Assembly (NCBI GenBank): GCA_002269645.1
Contig: NIVC01002030.1
Coordinates: 338,164 to 402,163 of the forward strand
DNA from: Macrostomum lignano
Taxonomy: Eukaryota
Direction of reading: 5' to 3'
Length of the DNA stretch: 64,000 bases
Position 1 is the first letter of the stretch. Each line of letters opens with the position of its first letter. Shown here in pieces: positions 55,887 through 64,000 of this stretch. A program made the translations under genes and the position numbers. The notes under the pieces are model-generated. The model searched no databases and had not been told where the DNA came from. It saw nothing but the letters and a program-made list of their open reading frames with translations.

Positions 55887-56515
55887 CTTCTATGCAGGAA
55901 ATTTAGACGCTTCAATTTTGAATTCAATTCCAGAGTTTAGGTGATCAGTTTTGTACCTGTACAACATCAAAATGATAGTTACTTTACCCACTCTGGGCTA
56001 GAAAAATATTGAAAACACTTGTAGGAAATTATTAGCAGTTTTGCAGTCTAAGTGTATCCCTCATCGACACATGCTACGCTGTATAGGTAGGCTATATTAT
56101 GTTAAGTTACTCAAGGACATTGTGCAAAGAATCCCAGATCATATTTTTAACTAGCTTGTACATACGCTCGTAGCTAGACAAATGTAGCAAATTTCAACTT
56201 TCAAATTCAAGCTTCATAGGCTGATGTTGATCATGTGCGGGGCGTCTGTCTCGTCACTACCTGTGGTGGTCCTTGATTTAGTTTTACCCATCGCATCAAA
56301 TTGTTTTGATTGACAATTGCTAGAATGGTATCATTGCCACTTTTGCTAAACTCTTGTCTGCTGTGCCGCTCACGCTGTTTTGTAGTTTTCTTTAATAAAT
56401 ATAGACGCACAATAAATTATTGAAGTATTCAATATCCGTCGATTTCTCTATAATTCGCTATTTTTTATGAAGAAATTTTATTTTGAAGATACAAAAAAAG
56501 AAATATTATCTCAAA

Positions 56516-59500
56516 CTATTTTATAATGAAAAATATATCAGCGACTGATTTCGGACGCCAGTTTGGCTGGCCGCGGCCCGGCCGGTTTGCTGTTTGCTGC
56601 CATCTGCTTTTGGCGCAGCAGCTCGGCCAGCTCGTCCCTGTTAGCCAGCAGCTTTTGCCAGTACTCAGGCCTGTTCTCCCAGAAGTCCCGGCAACGGCAG
56701 TGCCACTCCCAGAAGCAGTGCTGCTCGCCCTCGGGAAGTAATAGTACACTGGCCGGCCGGTCTCCGTGCGCTGCTCTTTGCGCTCAATGTTGGCCTGAAA
56801 GAAGTCTTCGACCTGCTTCTTAGTTACCCTGGTTAGTAGGGTCGAATTAATGCTGCTGGCGTACATTGACAGGTCGAATATGCTAAGGAGGTGCTTCCGA
56901 ATGCCGATGTAGTTGACATCTGCGAAGTCCAGCTTCCTCTCGGTAAAGCTACAGTAGATCGGGTCGCCCATCTTGGCCAAGTCCACCATCAGCTCCTGCA
57001 TCTGGGTGCCGCCGTCGCCCCATTTGTCGTTGCGTTCGTCAAAGAAGTCTTTGAACTTGTCGATCTCCTGTTCGATGTCGTCTTTCATGCGCATCACTTT
57101 TCGGCCGCTCATCTTCTTGAGGTACATCCACAGGAACTGCTTCTCCTCGTACAGCACCTGATCTCCGGTTTTCGTCAGTATGTCCTCTTCGCCGCGATCT
57201 TTCAGCTCCTGCAGTTTCATTACCTGCTTGTCGAACATACCGTCCCATGGAAAATGATTCTTGAGCAGTCGCAACAGTACGTAGCAGGCCGATTCAATCT
57301 CGCACAGTGGCGTCCGGCAGGCCATCTGGTGATTGGAGCGCGGTGCCCAGCGCCGATTTCCCATCGGAGGCACCGCGGCTGTGGTGCCCCAGGCCTCCTT
57401 GTACTTTGTCACCAGGCCATAGTCAATCAAGAAAATGGTATTGATGTTCTCGCCCCTGCCCGACATGAGCTGGTCGCATTTCAGGTCGTTGTGCGACAGC
57501 CCGATCGATGGCTCTTGCAGGCATTGAAGACGCGAGATGAACTGATCGCCGATCAGAAATACAGTTCTGGTGCATGGGATGTTATGGCAGGGCAAATGAG
57601 AGCTGCAGTTATAACATTCCTAAGTTTATTGCAAGTAATAATGAAAGTAAAAGTGGAGTACAGAGTGAGGAGCGGATACAAATATGACGTATTTTTTTAT
57701 TAGCAGCAGGGGGGTTGTGTGCACCCTGGCGCACTTTAAGCGACACAGGCACACAACCGGCGAGAGGCATTGCTGCCCATTCCGCCGACTCCCCTGAGCA
57801 GGCATACAAGCGCGCGGATACGTACGCAGGCACACACTCACACAGTAGTGTACAGTGGCCCTAACTTTATATTATCGTTAGGCATGTACACTTCACTGCG
57901 CCTTGGGGGTTGGCTCTCAAGGCCGTTAATTGCACGAGCAGAGCCAAGCCGAGATTCCAATTCAGCCCCAAATTAATGTGACTGCACTTGGAATCGAGCC
58001 TGGGTCGCTGGCACACCAGAGCAGCTGCGCTACCGCTGGGCTACGGCCCCCCAAATATGACGTAAACAATAATGTGAAGCGGAGAAAGCGAAGTAAAATA
58101 TTTGCTAAGCTACTAAAAGTAGAAATGAGAACATGCTAAAATATCTGACACTTTCACTTCTGCTATGACTTGACAGAAGGTCAAATCGGAGCTTTTAAAT
58201 TGCTTTAAAGTGATTTATTGAAAACCATCGCTTTTCATATTTGTTGTCACTTTCATTGCCAGAAAATCAGTGGCATTGGGGAGGGGGCCGTAGCCCAGTG
58301 GTCCCAGCGCGGCGCTCTGATGTGCCAGCGGCCCAGGCTCGATTCCAAGTGCAGTCGCATTAATTTTGGGGTTAAATTAGAATATCGGCTTGGCTCTGCT
58401 CGTGCAAATTAAGCGCCCTTGAGGGCCAACCCCCAAGGCACAGTGAAGTGTACATGCCTAACGATAAATAAAGTTAGGACCGCTGTACACTGTGAGTGTT
58501 TGCCTGTGCGTATGACTGCGTACGTATCCGCGCGCTTGTGTGCCTGCTCAGGGGAGTCGGCGGAATGGGCAGTAATGCCTCTCCGTTGGTTGTGTGACAA
58601 TGTCGCTTAAAGGGCGCCAGGGTGCACAAAGCTTCCATTGCCTCTAGCTAAACCAGTGGCATTGCGATGGTTTTTCAAGCTTAGCTTTCCAATGAAATGA
58701 ACAAAATATATACGAGACTCAATTAAAAAGAACTGTATCTTGTATATGCACTAGCATAGGGCGACGCACCTAGTCGACAGTCGCTGATCATTCTGCCGGC
58801 AATTGTGACTGCACACCTCCAGCATGTCTTCCAAGTCTGGGCCGCACAATTCCAGCAGTAAAAAGTGGAAGCCAAAGTGCTTCGTCCGTGTCGAGCCCTT
58901 GAAAGAAGTGAAGGAATAGTCGCCCAGTCGGCCGAACGCGTACGGCTTGGTGAAGCCGCGGGTATCTTTGAAGCCGAACCTGATAAGTTCAAGCGATTGC
59001 GCTGCTGTGACAATAATTTCTGTTGTAAGACTTAAAGAAGCAAATACATTTTTTAAAGCAGGGTTGAATGAGTACTTTGAATATTTGCATCGAATATCAC
59101 GCTCTTTGAAGGTATTAAGGCATTGATATGTGTGTGGCGCCAAATCTTACACTCAATACCGGTATCGACTTAAAAAACTATGACTACTTAGCTTTGGTGC
59201 TAAAAACCACTCTTGTCACTCAACACTGTACCATTTTTGTCACTCAACACTGCATAACTCTTGTCACTCAACACTGCACCACTCTTGTCACTCACTCAAC
59301 ACTGCATAACTCTTGTCACTCAATACTGCACCACTCTTGTCACTCAATACTGCGCCACTCTTGTCACTCAACACTGAACCAATCTTGTCACTCAACACTG
59401 CACCACTCTTGTCACTCACTCAACACTGCATAACTCTTGTCACTCAATACTGCACCACTCTTGTCACTCAATACTGCGCCACTCTTGTCACTCAACACTG

Positions 59501-61202
59501 AACCGATCTTGTCACTCAACACTGCACCACTCTTGTCACTCAACGCTGCACCACTCTTGTCACTCAACACTGCACCACTCTTGTCACTCAACACTGCACC
59601 ACTCTTGTCACTCAACACTGCACCACTCTTGTCACTCAACACTGCACCACTCTTGTCACTTAACACTGCGCCACTCTTGTCACTCAACACTGCACCACTC
59701 TTGTCACTCAACACTGCACCACTCTAAGGCACTAAATACTGCACCACTCTTGTCACTCAACACTGCACCACTCTAAGGCACTAAATACTGCACCACTCTT
59801 GTCACTCAACACTGCGCCACTCTTGTCACTCAACACTGCACCACTCTTGTCACTCAACACTGCACCACTCTAAGGCACTAAATACTGCACCACTCTTGTC
59901 ACTCAACACTGCGCCACTCTTGTCACTCAACACTGCACCACTCTAAGGCACTAAATACTGCACCACTCTTGTCACTCAACACTGCACCACTCTAAGGCAC
60001 TAAATACTGCACCACTCTTGTCACTCAACACTGCACCACTCTTGTCACTCAACACTGCGCCACTCTTGTCACTCAACACTGCACCACTCTTGTCACTCAA
60101 CACTGCGCCACTCTTGTCACTCAACACTGCGCCACTCTTGTCACTCAACACTGCACCACTCTAAGGCACTAAATACTGCACCACTCTTGTCACTCAACAC
60201 TGCACCACTCTTGTCACTCAACACTGCACCACTCTTGTCACTCAACACTGCATAACTCTTGTCACTCAATATTGCACCACTCTTGTCACTCAACACTGCC
60301 CCACTCTTGTCACTCAACACTGCATAACTCTGGTCACTCAATATTGCACCACTCTTGTCACTCAACACTGCACCACCCTATCAATCTCCAGAGCTACATT
60401 AAGTATTGTCCTAGATATGCATTCCAAATGAAAATAATGACAGAAACGCTCAAATTACATACCGTTTAAAAATTGAGCAAAGCGTGTTATACTCTTTAAA
60501 GAGAGTGAAATTCTCAGTGATGGCATCTGGTAGACTCTTCGGATTCACTGGAAAGTTCTCAAGTTGAAAGTTGAAAGCTGTCTCGCATTTCAAAGCCACT
60601 GTGGAGCTCCGTTTGATGGCAATCTCGGATCGGTTCGGGAAGCGAATCGGTGTCACTTTATTCAGGTAGTCGTGCTTCTCTTCCTTAGTCAGTGCTGTCG
60701 TGATGGCCTCCAGCTCGCCATATGTGATATCCTTCAAAATCAAGCCAAGGATAGACAAGCAGATACATGTGTTGAATAAGTACACGCAGATTCGTAAATT
60801 ATCCACTTTAAAAATCTCCCGGCGGTAAAACTTTCAATTTCCCCAATTGTCCATGTGGATTGGCTTTAAATTACGTAAACATGAATTTCCGAATTTAACA
60901 AGTTCAAGAAGACTTGATGGTACAAATCCTTTCTTGTACTACGAGATTTAAAATAGAACAGCTGCTCCATGGTAACCTACCTTCTTGGCAAGAATTTGAA
61001 ACACCTGACCGAACGCGCCGGCCCCAACAAGGGCAACGGAGTCTGTATGAAAGTGCGACCTCAGCAGAACATCCTTCATCAACTCGTGGCAATAGAACTC
61101 TGTGAGTCTCTGACGCACAACGTCCTCTTTTTTGTCCGCATTGATGATGCGCTTTCTCAGACTCTTCTTCGTTGTCTGTGACACGCCCACGCCAGAGGAC
61201 AT
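56516..61202 (-). CDS. Divergent casein kinase 1-like Ser/Thr kinase
   Basis: Exons 61202-60981, 60731-60463, 59030-58770 (AAG acceptor, less certain), 57566-56516 (or 56538 if a 1-bp loss at ~56733 is corrected). Motifs: VGAGAFGQV, VALKCE, LLLELCGPDLEDM, TVFLIGDQFISRLQ, HNDLKCDQ, IFLIDYGLVTKY, IESACYVL...FPWDG. Confidence 0.82.
57692..58051 (-). mobile_element. SINE family A, full length with 13-bp TSD
   Basis: TSD CAAATATGACGTA at 57679-57691 and 58052-58064; A and B boxes; AATAAAAAAA tail. Confidence 0.9.
58279..58653 (+). mobile_element. SINE family A, full length with 11-bp TSD
   Basis: TSD CAGTGGCATTG at 58268-58278 and 58654-58664; GTAGCCCAGTGG A box and GGCTCGATTCC B box. Confidence 0.88.
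59195..60378. repeat. 24-bp minisatellite in kinase intron 2
   Basis: (GTCACTCAACACTGCACCACTCTT)n. Confidence 0.95.
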
Positions 61203-61981
61203 TTTGTTTACAAGAGAAACATCAGCAACCTCGCAGAAAGTGGATAGGTATTTACAATCTAACGTTTTGTTGTCCCAAGAAATCGTCAGTAATATGCCCT
61301 CTAATTTTGTTTATGGCATTTGTTATCAAGCATAGATTTTTAGTAACATTGAAAATTCATTAAGTTTACAAAACACCTATCAAGGAAAATCAATTTTGCT
61401 TCTGCCATCTGGTCTCTAATTGCTTGAAAAAAATTCTTACTAGCTTGAAAATAAGAGCATTGATTGTTGATGAAATTTTAAGTGGGTAAGGCTCTGATAT
61501 TTCCAAATAAGCTGAGAGAAGCATCGGAGAAGCCACACAATCATCAATATTCTGGACCAGTAGCTCCAAAACTTCCCAGCAATATATATTGGTAAAAAAA
61601 TTGAGATGATTTTTCAGTATTTATTAAGTACACAAGAAGAATATTTGAACATAATTGACACAAAAATGTAACATGCAAACGGTGCAGACCTATGCTCATA
61701 TTTTCAATTCGGAAAACACAGGCATGAAACTTCTTTACGGCACTAATAGTGATTTTGTGCTTATTTCGCGAATCACAGACACCTGCAGCTTCCAGTGTTA
61801 ACTCTGATACAAAATAACGCTTTGCTATATCATCTGTAAAAAATTAAACTGGAGTACAACTTTCTGGCGACAAATTTCTGAATAAATATTTTGAATAAGA
61901 ATGCTTGAATATTTCATTTCACTTAACACGCAATTGCTCAAGGGTGTCAGGTGTCAAAGCTCTAGTGTAATTTCCATTAAA

Positions 61982-63945
61982 TCAAACAGTCTCATCCACA
62001 GTCGCGTGCCGAGGCAAGAACCTTTTAACAGCCCTGGCCTGCATTCCCACAGTCAAGTGGCAGTCGATCATGCTGAAATGAATGGACAAGTTGTTGTCCG
62101 CGTAAAACTGCACCATCTTGTCCAGATCGTCGAACCAGCAGATTTTGTTGCCAAGAGCTACTTTGCCACCTTCCTCTTCGATGCTGATGTGCTCAAACTT
62201 GCCGTTGCCAGTGTGCAGTGAAAGCACCTTGCAGCCTAATTTGCCATCGCGGATCAGGTAAGCGCCGGGTTGCGTGTTCGACAAAATTTCGTGGCCCTTT
62301 GTCTCGTGACGTTTTTGTGATAAGCTGCAACTGCCAAATGTTGAGTGGGTAGCGCGGGAGCGGTGCCACGCCTGGCTGCACCCACAAGCTGAAAACAGTG
62401 AATATGAACTGTTTGGCTGCAATGAGAACAGCTGTAGCCTTGCATTACTGAGCTCGGCAGGGGCTGGTAGCACTTGGTGCATTTGGTCCCCTCGGGAATC
62501 GTTATGAGCTGGAAACGGTGACCGTTGGAGTTCCAACCGTTCGGTAAGTTCAATGATTTTGTCTCGTCTAAATGCTTCTTCCACAAGCTCAATAGATCCT
62601 TGCTTCGCTTTAAACACTCCAGAGTCACCCTATCGCCATCATTTTGAATCAGTTCAAGCGCAAAGGTCTTCTCGCACTTCCTGACCTCCATAATGGTGTC
62701 AACAGGAATGTTGAAGGCGTAAGTAGATTGACCATCCTTCCTCGGTGGCTTGTTAGCCACAATCAGCTGTTTTGTTGTAAGAATACAAGCGCATATTATG
62801 CTCTCTACCTTGCCACTCTTCACCGTTTTCACCTTGAAGGAATCATTTCCCAGGTGCAGTCCAATAAGCGTTGGATTTCCAAGATCGGTTGGTAGCTGCT
62901 GGATCTGTCTCAAAATTTCCTTTGTAGCAGCGAGTTGCTCAGCTTGTTTTTTGTACTCATTAGTTTTATCCAGAAAATCCTGCATTGCTGCAACAATCTC
63001 ACCTACGCATGGCGCGGCGTCGGGAATGTCTTTTTCTGCAGCCTTCTGCAGCCGCTCAAAGAGCATTAGGTAGCTCGTTGTTTGACGGATCGGAGCCTCA
63101 AACAGAGCACGAAAGCCCAGACCAGTACAGCGCCGTTGTTGAAGTGTCTCTCAAGCAATTTGAGTTGGATCTGTAGCGAAGGGGTTTTCTTGAACCCATC
63201 TTTCATTATTTCTTCAGCAGTCGGCAAGTCTGAAAAATAATTTTTGTAGACTTCTAGCTTAGGAGCCAACTCATTGTAAAGGTCAGGGAGCTGCATGCAG
63301 AACTGCTCACAACCCTGGTCGGCAAGGGCGCTGAGCTTCTCGTGGAACTCTTTGTGAACCAGGTACAGCTGCTCCGTGTGCCGAACACGACTTCGACGAA
63401 CTCCTCGCTCCACTCTGACAGCAGTCGCGAGCAGCTCTTGCCGATACAGAAGCAGCTTGTGAGCTTGTCTACGAGAGCCTTCTCGTGGTCGCAGATCTCC
63501 TTGATGATTTTGTCCATCATTCCTCCACCGACGCTGATGTTTGACTGTCGCTTCGGCTTTGGAACAACTTGACAGACTTGCTGACGATTTATGAATCGAA
63601 CTCACCACCTTTTCAGGATTGCTCATCGTGAGCAGATCGTCCGGCTCGAACAGCTCGTCTTCGCGCATTCCAAACTCTTCTTGCACTTTTCAACAAAAAA
63701 AATTCAGATTTCTTTTAGCTATAATCGGGGAATTGATGCGCAGCACGTTTCATTACACTGGAGATGCGGCCTTCGCTCAGCTGTGTGAGCACTGTGCAAA
63801 GTATCTCACCATTGCTGCAGTAGCTGACAAAGATCTTGATCACTTGAGGCAGTCTGAAGCAAATTCTGGATTAGAAAGCAATTGCTGGAGTGCTTGAATG
63901 CATTCCCCCTCTTATTTTATCGCCTGTGGTCAAATAGTTGTCCAT
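61982..63945 (-). pseudogene. VAV: Vav-like RhoGEF (CH-DH-PH-C1-SH2-partial SH3) spread over several frames; pseudogene or indel-ridden assembly of a real gene
   Basis: CH: NGEILCTVLTQL and FGMREDELFEPDDL. DH: IIKEICDHEKALVDKL, TEQLYLVHKEF and FRALFEAPIRQTTSYLMLFERL. PH: GLHLGNDSFKV...LWKKHL. C1: HRFQLITIPEGTKCTKC...CSHCSQTVHIHC. SH2: GAYLIRD...FEHISI...LDKMVQFYADNNL. SH3 start: ARAVKRF. At least five frame changes are needed; candidate ATG at 63945. Confidence 0.75.
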
Positions 63946-64000
63946 AGAACTGGCTTCTTTGAAGATCGTTCTGTGTTGCTTTTGCTAAACGAAAAGAACT

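Noticed and set aside
56891-57703. 270-aa plus-strand ORF
   Set aside because: Antisense shadow of the GC3-rich kinase exon; no independent motif.
58279-58360. tRNA-like A/B-box sequences (also ~23660-23736, ~28740-28819, 44586-44660)
   Set aside because: They are heads of multi-copy SINEs, several with TSDs and tails; I could not fold a convincing cloverleaf with an acceptor stem.
61540-61830. ~95-codon open frame on the minus strand downstream of the Vav-like SH2
   Set aside because: AT-rich with no recognisable SH3 or other motif; it could not be joined convincingly to the Vav model.

Overview
Eukaryotic genomic DNA with GT-AG introns and the standard code. It is most consistent with a flatworm (inferred from a TAL-type EF-hand/dynein-light-chain gene and a signal-less-type CAP gene); the repeat-saturated introns suggest a free-living Macrostomum-like species, but that is inference only. 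I reconstructed eight protein-coding loci by hand from splice sites and reading-frame phase: a partial tandem-CAP (GAPR-1/VAL-like) gene (+), a phospholipid scramblase (-), SECIS-binding protein 2 (+), a 13-exon MATE/SLC47 transporter (+), an NPY/NPF-type GPCR (-), a TAL-like EF-hand+DLC protein (+), a divergent casein-kinase-1-like kinase (-), and an apparently intronless, multiply frameshifted Vav-like RhoGEF (-). Introns and spacers hold about 20 different mini/microsatellites, two tRNA-derived SINE families (5 and 3 copies, one family with a CORE-like segment), two 5'-truncated RTE-like LINE copies and a foldback-like DNA element. Almost all long ORFs in the ORF track over the repeats are artefacts. 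No CRISPR, rRNA or true tRNA gene was seen, and I found no clearly novel multi-gene system. The best leads are unusual protein variants and traceable repeat-birth and nesting events. Repeat boundaries are approximate.
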